NCBI GenBank assembly: GCA_032718475.1
Contig: JAUCBJ010007127.1
Location: 1-50,163 of the forward strand
Direction: 5' to 3'
Length of the DNA stretch: 50,163 bases
From: Nemertoderma westbladi
Lineage: Eukaryota; Animalia; Xenacoelomorpha
The stretch's first letter is position 1, and the number at the start of each line of letters is the position of its first letter. This document shows positions 14,290 through 26,239 of this stretch, one piece after another. A program made the position numbers and the translations under genes. A model generated the notes under the pieces. The model was given only the letters and a program-made list of their open reading frames with translations. It had not been told where the DNA came from and did no database searches.

Positions 14290-14815
14290 ACAATGCAGCG
14301 TGCATTAAGAATGCTATGCCGGCTTATCAACAAAGATGCACCGCCAAAACTCCCTATCCCCCATGACTTTCGCGAGATTATCCGCATCTTCAAGGCCTGT
14401 GTCTTTCAAGAGGCTTCTCAGAAACTCATGGGTTGTCCACCATGCTTATTTTCTCCATGGGGCTGCCAAAGCACAAGATTATGCACAGGCTAATCCTCAC
14501 GGTGAAAACAATGTCCTGCTGAGCGGAGGCGGCTTTGTAAAAGTGACAAGCTTGGAGAGACCAATAGGACACCTCCAATTGTTATATAGTGTCTGGTTGG
14601 AGATGTGTGCATTGTACTTGACACAATGAACCCGGCGTAGCATTCTTGTGAATGTGCCATCCAGAGATTTGGTGTCCTCAGCAGTTAGAGCCCAGCATGG
14701 ACTCACTCCTATAGAGGAGTACTGGAACTACTGCTGCTTTAAATAATTGGACCCTAAGTGTCCGATGAATTCTATATACTTCCAAATTCTGGAAAGCCTA
14801 TTCAAGGCTGCCTCC
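14290..14815 (-). mobile_element. RTE-clade LINE 3' fragment (family B)
   Basis: WALTAEDTKSLDGTFTRMLRRVH..; DNA nearly identical to ~45145-45650. Confidence 0.85.
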
Positions 14816-16097
14816 CTTAAGTAAAATTCCTCAAAATAAATCAACACATATTAACTCATAATAATTATGAAATGTTGTAAACGGGACAGATTATGATAAT
14901 ACTACGACATTTATGGCTGATACGAATTAGCAATCAGATTAAATTTCCCAAAGCAGGAAATGAAATAGTGCCGATAACCGAATCTCGGTAGGAAGAGGAG
15001 GGGGGATGCAATTATATTCCTATATAGAAACACGGGATCACTTTAAGGAAAGGGGTTGGTTGGGCTGTCACCTGATCTACTGTGGGGGTGGGAATGATTG
15101 TTTGGGGGGGGGTGTTTGTAGTGCGGTGGTCCGAGTTGAATTGGCGTTGAATAAGATTGTTTGCGCATCGCTTTCATTCCCGGCCGATGATGCCGCTTTA
15201 CTGGGTTGCCTGTTGCGCACCAGTTAACCAACCAGGACCGGGACGGTATCAGCTGGTGATCCCCCCGCTCACGTTGTACAGGCTGTGTAACAGCAGCTAC
15301 CGGCTACACGGTTGGTTGGTTGGTGTTGGGGGGCTTCGAGTGAGTGAGTGGGACTTGCGTTGGTTCCCAAACCGATCGATTTCGCTAGAATAAATCTCGG
15401 TCGGTCTCCAGTAAACTCTTTACAACAATAATTATTAATTTATTCGTTGGTTTATCATAATTTCATTGTTATATATCATTATTGTTTTAATTATTTGATT
15501 TCTCATTGTATATATTTATCTACTGGTGTGGCAACAAGGTTATTGTAACGGCTTTTATAAACATTCTGCAATGATGGTGAGTTGAATATTTAATCCGTAG
15601 TTTCTATAAGCTGTTGATATTTACAGTAGGTCTCTATTTATATTTATGATTATATTCATATATTTATAATTGATAACGAAGTTATTCTTCTCATTATGAT
15701 ATACCAACTGTTAGGTTTTCGTATTAATATAAACTCCGTCGCGTAGAGTGTATCTTCTGTATAGTAACGGTAATACGTTTATAACAGCCGTTGTGAGAGA
15801 AGTTAAGAATATAATTCAAAATTACTAATTCAGCAGTTATAACTTATAATTAAACCGATACACACGAATCTCAAAACAATAGTATTATTGTTGGTGGAGG
15901 CGACGCCCACTGGTGGCAAAATGGATTAAAGGATATGTAATTGTTCGTGAATTATTAGAGCTGGGACCAGGATTTGAACCAGCATCCCAACTGCAGAACG
16001 AGCTATATAACATATACAGTAAAAATTAATTAAATATTTAACCATTACTATATACTGTAATGACCTCGTTCATTTGAATAGAGCATTCTTAATCACG

Positions 16098-16396
16098 CTA
16101 CAGGGTACCTGGTACATGGTACAGGGTACCTGGTACATGGTACAGGGTACCTGGTACATGGTACAGGGTACCTGGTACATGGTACAGGGTACCTGGTACA
16201 TGGTACACGCTACATGGTACCTGGTACACGCTACATGGTACCTGGTACATGGTATACGCTACATGGTACCTGGTACATGGTACCTGGTACATGGTACACG
16301 CTACATTGTACCTGGTACATGGTACACGCTACAGGGTACCTGGTACATGGTACACGGTACATGGTACCTGGTACATGGTACATGGTACATGCTACA
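16098..16396. repeat. 7-bp-based minisatellite (GGTACMT/GCTACAT) with a 21-bp higher-order unit
   Basis: CAGGGTACCTGGTACATGGTA tandem copies decaying to the right. Confidence 0.95.
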
Positions 16397-18030
16397 TTGG
16401 ACTTGCCAATTGTGGTTTGCTTGGTGGTGGCAAAATATTTCTTGAGCCAGAATCTCAATGTGCAGCTTCAATGCAGCCTGCCCATTATAGATAGATAGAA
16501 TTGATAGAATAACCTAAAAGAAGTTACATTTGTTTTAACATTTATATTAAGTGTTTATCTTGATGAACACGTTTTTTTAATTTCAACCTGGATTGAAATT
16601 AATATAAACCTAGGTTGATAATAATTTTAAAGTTGTAATGGAGACGTGATTGAATATAAATTGATTTCGTTCAGCTGTGCCTGTGATCCATACAGGATGT
16701 CGAACCCAGTCCAGTCCCGTTTCTCTTTGCATAAAGATAAACTTTGACTAAATTTTCAGATAATTTTGATTCTATAAAATGTTGCCTTGCATAATATCCG
16801 ATGACATAACGATATGCAGTGCAGTGGGTCGACGCTATTAGGATTTACCGCTTACAATAATGTTATTTAGCTTCACCCACAAGATATTCTAAGTGACAAG
16901 TTCCCTAATGGCAGATGAAAAATTACTTATCTCTAATTGGAATCGACAGGAATTCCGGAATTAAAACATGTTTTGGGAGCCGTCAACCTACCGAACACTG
17001 CTGTAAACGTAAAATCATTGGCGAACAACACATATATTATTTATTGAAAGTCTCCCAACTTCCCATCAACTCATCAAGGACGTTTTTCATTATCTTCCTG
17101 AGTGATGCATTACCATCGAGGCTTCCGTTTACTGCACCGCCTTCCCCCGTACCGGTGCCGGTAGAACGGCTCTCCTGTACCGGACCCCCGCTGACCAGTA
17201 TCCACTCCTACACGATTCACTGTGATACACTGGTGTTAGAATGACATTCAATTAGATACTGTCAGTGTATTTCTCTGTTATGGATTCTACAGCACTTATA
17301 AGTTTACAAAATTATATTCGTGTGATTCTATCTAATAATTATTATCTAATCTATGAATGATTGTTTTTCAAAATGTATGTTAAACTTTGCGGTTAAAATG
17401 GTAATATGAATGTATTAAAATTCATAATCTCATAAGTTTTAGTATTTAGTTTATTAAGTAATTTTTCACATATTATCCGAATTTAGGAATTGTTATTTTG
17501 TAATGCGTAAGTAATCCCAAGAATGAATTCTATTGATCGAATAACATTTTAGATAAATAGAACTGTCGCAATATACTTAGGGTTTGTAATCTATTAATTA
17601 TTAACTATTATTATATATTGCATTTTAATTCCAATCACAAATTTCCAGAAGATTGTAATTGGACGAAGCAGATTTGTGTAGCTATTCTAGTTGACCTTTG
17701 ACCTAATTATAATAACAATGAATTTTTCAATGCCACTTTTTAATGTTTATTTATGTAAAAGTTATATAATTTTTGATTGCGGTATATAATAATTGAATAA
17801 ATACAATATAATAAATAATATAAATGTTTACATTATATATATAAGTGTCTATTTTATTTTATATTATAGTTTATAGTAGTTTTTTTTAGAAATTAAGTTT
17901 TTATTTAGTCATGTTATACAGTAATATTCGGTAAGTATTATTCTATATACATATTCATATTTGTCTGTACAAAAGCCTAAATTACAAATATATATAATTA
18001 TGAATTAATTAATATAATATATATTTGTAG

Positions 18031-18306
<276 letters not shown>

Positions 18307-19488
18307 TAAAGTGTAGGCTAATTAACCCGCGATAAACCTGCCACTGTATGCTAAATTCACTGCCCCCATAGGGCCTACTACTGTATTATACTCACATACC
18401 AATGTACTAAAATTAGTCAAATTAATACCCCTTCAAACACAATTTAACTCACCCACTCACCTATTTATACTGTATACTCCTCATCCATTCAGTCTCAATG
18501 GTAGGTGACCCACTCACTCCATAACATAAAACTTTACCGTCTTTTTGCTATTTTTTTTGCTTGCCGAGTGATTGGGGCGGCTTTGTTTCTGGATCTGTCA
18601 TCATTGACCATAATGAACCATAATTGATCATGTCACCCGCCCATTCTGCCCTCATTCATCAACTCCTTCACACACTCGACCTCACCTTGCACCTACTCAC
18701 TTCAACCCATTAATCCCTTCTTTCTAAACCGTCACTCATACTGTATCATGCATTGCTTCATTCTCTCTACCAACCATATCGTATATATAGTGATTCAATA
18801 ACAATCCCATACACTCACTCCCCCGCACAGAGATACAAAATCTGTGTCATAAAATATAAATTGTACTAATAGTGTAAAGTACCCTACCTGATTGGTACCA
18901 ACTGCAGTGGTAATTGAATTTAACATCGACTGGATCGAACTAATTTAGTAAATTGGACGCGGATTACTGGGTTGGCGCGCTATTAATCAGAAGGTTGCAG
19001 ACATTGTTGTGCTACTTAAACTCACTCTCGCTTTGGAGGGGGTGGTGTGCTATTGGGTTGCAGACATTCTGCACGGTACTTACTGCTTCGGGGTGGTTGG
19101 GGGAGATTAGCATCAGTATAATGCAGATTGATTTTAATAATGTGATGGGTTTAAAGTCACAAAGGCAGGATGTACCGGTAGGTAATAGGGTGTTTTATAT
19201 TAACCATAACCAAACAACAATATATTGAAACGTTATTATTTATTTATTATTTAATGTTTATAAAATTATTGGCATAGAGAAAGTTCATCTAAAACTACTT
19301 GCATTATCTTTTTGATTTTTTCTTATTTTGCTTAAATCAAAAACTGCCACAAACTTTGTGATATTTGTGAGACCTAAACAAAGACAGGTCATAACGCTAG
19401 TGGTTAGCAAACAGGTGTAATATATGTCATGGTGTCATAATAACATTGCCTTCTAACTAGAATAATAATTGTATTGTTATGACCACAG

Positions 19489-19611
19489 GATTCTGGTGCT
19501 AAAATTAACATATCGGATGGATCTACAAGCAGTGAACGAATGGTGACATTAACGGGAAACCCTGAAACAATAAACACCGCGTTCAGAATGATAGCTGAGA
19601 AGTTCGAAGAG
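19489..19611 (+). CDS. PCBP: PCBP next coding exon, rest of KH1
   Basis: CACAG|GAT acceptor; 41 codons DSGAKINISDGSTSSERMVTLTGNPETINTAFRMIAEKFEE, matching PCBP ESGARINIS..ERIVTITG....AF.MIA.KFEE; donor GTAAGA at 19612; phase matches the previous exon. Confidence 0.9.
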
Positions 19612-20685
19612 GTAAGAATTTAATTACAACTAATTATTATTATATGACTTCCAATAATAATAACTTTATTCTATATTTACAACAATAATTACAAAACTTT
19701 TATAGGAAAATTAATTTATTTTTATATTCACAATGTAATTCTAAGAAATTTAAAAAAAAAAAATGACATGAAAAATGAAAATCACTTTTCAAGTTACTTA
19801 ATAATTTTTAAATTTGCTTTTCAAGTTACTTAATAATTTTTAAATTTGCTTTTCAAGTAACTAACTAATTTAAGTAGGTCTAAGTTATATTATTTATATT
19901 AAATAATATTCATATTGATTATTTATTAGTTCAACATGTTATATAATTCCTCTGGCTAAAAAAGGGATTGCTTAATGGATAATAATATTATTATACCCGA
20001 GGCCTATTGGCTTTTACCAATCAGACAAATCAGATGAAAGTTAAAATCAAATTTATAGGCTTGGAAGCAACTGAATTCGGACTAGTTTATGTGAATATTT
20101 AAGGACAATTATTTAAAAAAATTCATAGGGCGGGTGAATTGATTAACCCCAACGTTTTGATACCATTGATCATCAGCTGTGATCAAATAAAGTGGTACAT
20201 TATAAGCCGATGATGTAGATTATATTACAATATCTCAGAATAATGCATCGTTTAGAAGCACCAGATGGAAAGGAATGTTGGAAACAATTATATAATAATT
20301 ATTATTAATTGGTTATTATTAATTAAATAGTTCAAATAATTAATCGGGTACAGCATTTATAGCCTGGTATACTTATAATATGGTTTAAGAGTCAAATTTA
20401 ATAATTAGAAAATACAACACAAACAATTCATATTATTTAAAATTATTTAAGTAAAATAAGAAAATAAAATTATAAATTTTAATATTGTAAAATTTATACA
20501 TTTCAGTTGATGAGAATTGATTAACACTTTATCAGAAATACTTGTTAATTAATTATATAATAAATCGATTGATAAATATATGAGTAAATATATAAGTAAT
20601 ATTCATGTGGTTATATTAAAGTGGTTATAAATAAGAAAGAAAATAAATACTGCAAATTAAATAAACATTAATGCGTCTTTATTAA

Positions 20686-22441
20686 GGGGACCATCACCCC
20701 AATTGGTGTGGCAATTTTCGAAAATTTACAAAATATTCAGAAAGAAAAACATTTTTTATTTGTTTGTAGTTTGTTATACTGTAATAAGATATATAAATAT
20801 CACTTCACTAAAAATATTATAACTGCACTCTAAATAAAAGGGTAAATTAAACAAAGACATAAAAATGTTTTTTTTTATATTAAAACAGTCTTTGATCAGT
20901 TAAATAAAAAAAGCGCGCTGGTGGAAGAAAAACAGGATTAATTTACTGTGCGGCTGGTCATAGGGGTGGGGTCGAGTTTGTAGTTCGATAGAAGGATTTT
21001 CATCGATTTAATCCATCGAGTGATTTTTTCATCACACAGCATTTTTCTAAATTTGAAATTTTTTAAATTTTTTTTTACCTTTTTAATATAAAAAAATATT
21101 GAAATTTTTCAAAAATTTTCGCTATTTTCATCGATAAAATATGAAAAATTGAAAAATTACCCCAGGTAATGGCGGATCCATAAATGCACAAAATATTTGT
21201 GTAAACAAGAACAACAGCATTTATGGCTGGTTTTCATGAGTCTTTGTATAAAACAACCTTTTTCTCAGTTTGTCGATTTTTAAATTTTTCATCACTAAAG
21301 TCCCTACTACTTTTTAATATTTGTTCAATTATTGTCATCAAACGTATCTATCGGGGCCTACCAAAATGTTCAGCAGCTTTAGGGCTACAATCGTGAGTTT
21401 TGCTACCAAAATGTCCAGCAGCTTTAGGGGCTACAATCGTGAGTATTGCTACCAAAATGTTCAGCAGCTTTAGGGCTACAATCGTGAGGATTGCTACCAA
21501 AATGTTCAGCAGCTTTAGGGGCTACAATCGTGAGTATTGGATTTGTAAAACTGGCCCCTTCGATATTCTAGAACCGATTTTGTAACTGCTACATTTTTTT
21601 GTCTTTCTCAAAATATTTGATCCCCTAACCCCCATATATTTTCCAAAAACAATAATTTTGTGCTAAAATTTTCATAGAAGATGGCCTACATATCGGCACT
21701 TATACGACATGGGTACCTACATTTTCACATTTTTTTTAAACCTCTGTATTTTATGTAAAACGGTATGCATTGTACATTTATTAATCACATATGTTACATC
21801 TGCATCATTATGCTTTATTATGATCTTGATTTACAGAGGCGTACAAGACGTGTAAAGCCATGCTTTGTAATTAGATTCAAAGTGGGAGTGGCACTACACT
21901 CTTCATTACAACACTCAATGTTACTGTTAACATTGTCAGATGGTAATATACTTTTTTTCACTTTAATAACAGTGCAGAAATCTTTTCAATTGTCCCGTGT
22001 CAATGTATGCTTGGACGTCATTAGATATGTATCGTTTGTTCTATACTGTATCCGTGTAAAACATTATTAAATACCTGTAAAACACAATAAATGTTCTAGA
22101 ACAATTGTAACTGATATAGTAACAATCCGAATAAGGCAGAAAAATTTCAAATTGTAGGTACCCAATACCCATGTCGTATAAGTTCCTTCATATCTAGGTC
22201 AATTTTTCCAAAGTCTTGGACCGAGAACTGCAACCCAGTTTGTACCACTTATCCTTCTACATGATCAATTTTACATATAAATGCCTCAAAATGGTACAAT
22301 TTTTGAATAGACCGACCTGCGTAAAACATACCATATTTTACGAACAAAGGGGTTTACAAAGCTATCCATCGCAGATCATTGTGTTAAAGTTTCAGCACAG
22401 TAGCTTTATAAATAAAAAATAGATTTGGAGTGATGGTCCCC
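20686..22441. mobile_element. Non-autonomous DNA transposon, Kolobok-like
   Basis: ~17-bp TIRs GGGGACCATCACYCCAA (20686-20702 and 22425-22441); left flank TTAA, right flank TAAA. TTAA target plus purine-purine termini fit Kolobok. Broken Cys-rich minus-strand frame near 21820-21960. Confidence 0.55.
21358..21539. repeat. 45/46-bp tandem repeat x4 inside the Kolobok-like element
   Basis: CTACCAAAATGTTCAGCAGCTTTAGGG(G)CTACAATCGTGAGTATTG repeated four times. Confidence 0.9.
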
Positions 22442-22494
22442 TAAAAATATTATTACGAAATAATTGATATTTTTACTTCTAATTTGAAAATTTA

Positions 22495-23679
22495 TTAAAA
22501 TCGAATTTTCATTTCAACATGTGTGATAGGAGATGAGTTATGGGTATACCAAAATATACCCCTAGGGTACTCCAAGTCATAAATTCCATTTAGACTGCAG
22601 ACAGAACACACGTTATACCACCATGCTGCGCTCTGAGAAACTGCACAGTTCCCGCCATTGTTGCCATCATTATCTCTATCTTTAGTCGTAAACTCTTGGC
22701 CATTGAGGTTCGCGTGCTGAGATCCTTGGTATTCGTATACCATGCTGTCCCCAGCCGTTCCGCTGTAACCAGAGATGTCTAACTTATAATTATCAACAGC
22801 TGATCCAACTCTAAAGGAGGAATATTCCGCGTATTTGTGGTCATCATCCCACCACATGTCAACTCGCAGAATGACCCCAGCCTCAGTGAGTCTGTGAATG
22901 CTCTCTAAACCCAACCAGAAGTTAGCTGTAACATCTCCAAAGCCCCTCAAGTAACTGTCCCATTCGAGGAAGAAGTTCTCATCGCCGTTAACCCGCCGTT
23001 GTATTACGAGCCACGGACCATCCGGAACTGTTGCGTCGCACCGAATTAAACCGTTTACTCCATAAGAGTTGTTGTAGATCTTTATCGAATTATTCTGCTG
23101 AAAATGAGGGCAAATCTCCGCGTGATTGATATCCAATACTAGATGGAGTATTTCACTAATCTGCTGTTTCACTTCAGGAAAAAATGTATCATGTTCCTTG
23201 AGCTTACTGCTTAACATATTCCCTTGGTATTCTATCTTGCTAAGTATCTCGTTTTTATAACTCATTGACAAGCAGATGATAGCAATCATGGAGGCCAATA
23301 CCATAATGAATCCAATATTGATTAGGATTATAACTGTTCGCCATTGTGACTTATTCTTGGAATCTTTGTGCTTGTCGAAGGCAGAGCGAGCAATCTCGTT
23401 TGGTGTTTGTGGTTTTATATCGTATATGACGCTGCGATTTAGGCTGGAGTGGTGCGAGTTATTATCCAAATGACTTTTATTCATTTCTTCCCGTCGAATG
23501 CGTTCCATGGAGTTGAAGTTTTCCTTCCCTACGTATTCGTAGTCAGTTATCCCTGTGTTCGTTTCATAGGTGTTACTGGGGTATCGAGTGTTTGATTCGT
23601 AGGTGTTACAGGGGTTTGCAATGCCAAATCTAGTTGTAACATGCCCCATCTCTAATCGTCGGCAGTGTTCATCGGACAT
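22495..23679 (-). CDS. Type II transmembrane fibrinogen-domain (FReD, FIBCD1-like architecture) protein, 394 aa
   Basis: N-terminal hydrophilic tail, TM helix VIILINIGFIMVLASMIAIICL, helical neck, complete FBG domain (WLVIQRR, FWLGLE, GTAGDS, FTTKDRDND, WWY, CSLNG, EMKIR). Acceptor TTTCAG 5 nt before the ATG. Confidence 0.9.
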   Translation of the reverse strand: MSDEHCRRLEMGHVTTRFGIANPCNTYESNTRYPSNTYETNTGITDYEYVGKENFNSMERIRREEMNKSHLDNNSHHSSLNRSVIYDIKPQTPNEIARSAFDKHKDSKNKSQWRTVIILINIGFIMVLASMIAIICLSMSYKNEILSKIEYQGNMLSSKLKEHDTFFPEVKQQISEILHLVLDINHAEICPHFQQNNSIKIYNNSYGVNGLIRCDATVPDGPWLVIQRRVNGDENFFLEWDSYLRGFGDVTANFWLGLESIHRLTEAGVILRVDMWWDDDHKYAEYSSFRVGSAVDNYKLDISGYSGTAGDSMVYEYQGSQHANLNGQEFTTKDRDNDGNNGGNCAVSQSAAWWYNVCSVCSLNGIYDLEYPRGIFWYTHNSSPITHVEMKIRF

Positions 23680-24199
23680 GATATCTGAAAGAAAAATTAG
23701 TTGTATTTATATAATTCTGTCATTCATAAATCCATACCAAAATACATACATTTATTATCCATGAGTCATGCAAATTCTAAATGTTAAATAAATAAAAATA
23801 TAAATACCAAATTAATCTGGATTATAAAGACTGGTGTCTTTCACACCATCACTTCCCTCTCACCAGTCGAGTACCTCAGAACAAGATCATGCACAGGTTA
23901 ACCAGTTGAAGGGTAGCAATATTTAACCAAACTCTGCTCATCCGCCGTGTCTACTGCGTGGTTCTGTTTAGTAGAATGTTGCTGTTTGGGCTTTTATGAG
24001 AACTGGGTTAGTACCAGTATCCAATGAAGGCGACATCCTCTTGTTAAACCACTGCTGCGTCGCTATTGCTGTGTGTATGAGCCTGTTTACTGTTTAGTGC
24101 TTTTCACTGCCTGTTTTCAGCAGACATGGTGGTCAGGCAATAAGTATCTACAATTTTTGCAACTTTTATCAGAATGAGTGGGACTCATTCTGAATTGAA

Positions 24200-24560
24200 C
24201 ATAATTGTGGGGCGAGCTACGAATTAAGAGAGCTTTAGCATATGGGTACCATTAACGAGTTGTCTATCGTTGTCCTCATAAATTTCTGATCGCTAATTAC
24301 TCGCTTATTCCTTGACGAAATTGAAACAAACTTGGAACGTATGTAGTACGTCAAACGTTTAGAAAGAATCTGAAGTTTGGTCAATAATCAGACTGTCTGT
24401 CAGTCGGTACCGGTAGTTTCAGACTTTTGATAAAAACCTAAATATGTCAGTCAATCATTGATGAAATTAAACCAAACTTGGTAAACATGTGGTCTGTGAA
24501 AAATTTCGAAATTGTTTACACCCAGACTTCTCTAGTTCATCTATCTGACGCAAGGGGGGA
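24200..24560. repeat. Dispersed non-coding repeat; related inverted copy ~41130-41635
   Basis: GTGGGGCGAGC.AC vs GTGGCTCGCCCCAC; TTGATGAAATTAAACCAAACTTGGTA vs TACCAAGTTTGGTTCCATTTCATCAA. Confidence 0.5.
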
Positions 24561-25012
24561 ATTGATATAAACATAAAGTAGCTTTAATTATAGTTTATCC
24601 AACCATCAGATTAATCTGAAATGTAGTAAGAGTGTCCTATGAGCATTGCTATTTCTTAAACTTAAATAGAATAAGTAGTCAAGCTAACGAAGTAGTTGAG
24701 CAAACAGAAACAAGTACTCGGAAACACAGCTTACCCGGGTTAACCATGTCGGGTTAGCCGAGTCTCGTGCTGCGCGAAGGCCTCAGGAATGTGTATTTTT
24801 AGCTTATTGCTTTATTTTTAATAATTTTTTTCATTTATTCATATTTAATATATTTATATATTTATGTGCAGTTAATTAGTTAGCCTACTCTTTTTGTATT
24901 TTTAGTTGATTGTCAATGTTCAGTTCCGATATCTACATAACTTTGTAGTCAACTATAACAACATACTGTGTCTAGAAACTGACCGACTGGATTTATACTA
25001 TACTATTCAATT

Positions 25013-25018
25013 CATTCA
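25013..25018. other. Left target-site duplication CATTCA
   Basis: Identical to 40081-40086, directly abutting the TIR. Confidence 0.93.
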
Positions 25019-25890
25019 AGTAGTAGGGTCTTGGCCGGCTCTGTGACACTTGGACCTCACTGACACCCATTGGGTGTCATATGACACCCAATTATCACCC
25101 TATGGGTGTCATTGGGTGTCATTGGCGCCAGACTGTCTGGGTGACACCTCCCAATTAGGCTAATTAGACCCTAATTGACAGGTGTCATCAATTAATTAGT
25201 TCAATTAAACCCTAACAGGTGTCATATGACTCCTAATTAGGGTTTAATTGATTATCCTAATTAATCAGACTGATTAGCGCCCTGACACACAATGGGTCAT
25301 CAGTTAGGTCCAAGTGTCACAGAGCCGGCTCAAGAGGGTGTCATAAGTGACACCGCAGCTCTTTTATTCATTAATATCTATTTATTTATATTTAATTTTA
25401 ATTAATTATTTGCATTTTATTTTATTCGTATTTAATTCTAAATTAATTATTCATTTGTACTTTATGGGTATACAGCTCCCTTACTGGTAACTAATTACTC
25501 CAGACAGCTTTATCGTTGACCTTTGACCCCCCAATTAGCTTTAACCAAGCAACAGCATATTAATGATAGTTGTATCCAAGCGCCCCTGCCCCCCACCCCG
25601 TGACAGCTCTGATTACTAATTACTCGTACATATATCCAACCGCCTGTAGTTCCATAGTCTGCCGCTAGAGGGCGTATTATCTGAAAATTAACATATTATA
25701 CATATTTAACTATTTATTTGTACCTAATTTTAATTAATTATTTGTATTCTATTTGACTTTATTTATTCATTTGTACTTTATTTTAAATTAATTAATTGTA
25801 TTACTTTTACTTTATATATTGATTTCTATTTTTAGATTAATTTGGTTTTATATTACCAATGAGATCACTATGACATAATGTCTATTTTTA
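25019..25890 (+). repeat. Left terminal inverted repeat (872 bp)
   Basis: Reverse complement of 39209-40080; same length; no mismatches in the segments I compared by eye. Confidence 0.95.
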
Positions 25891-26044
25891 GCTCTATGGT
25901 TTATAGATCCCTTATCGTTAACTTTATAATCTTTCCTCTCGCGGCCCCTTTGTCTTCGTTATTCAATGGCGCCATTCTGTCTACCATTGAATAACATTGG
26001 GCAATCATTATCTCGCCTGATGTAACGTCATCAAAGCTGCTCTC

Positions 26045-26149
26045 TGATTGGTTTAATTATACAGTCTTTTCTCCCTCCTGTTCCCTGATTGGCTAACCCA
26101 TTCTAGCCCCCTCTATAATAGCCCCCGTTCACCACATTCCCAATCATTG
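26045..26149 (+). promoter_or_regulatory. Putative Pol II promoter of the 569-aa ORF
   Basis: Two inverted CCAAT boxes (CTGATTGG at 26045 and ~26084), TATAATA at 26114, Inr-like TCATTG with its A 32 nt after the TATA start. Confidence 0.55.
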
Positions 26150-26239
26150 TCTCTTTGTTTTCCTGAAAAGTTTTAATTATTTTCGTAAAAGTATTTATTT
26201 ATTTTTATTTCCTAAACGAGTTACCGGTACACAATCACG

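Noticed and set aside
16074-16498. Multiple repetitive ORFs (GTWYMVQ etc.)
   Set aside because: Translations of a 7/21-bp minisatellite open in many frames on both strands.
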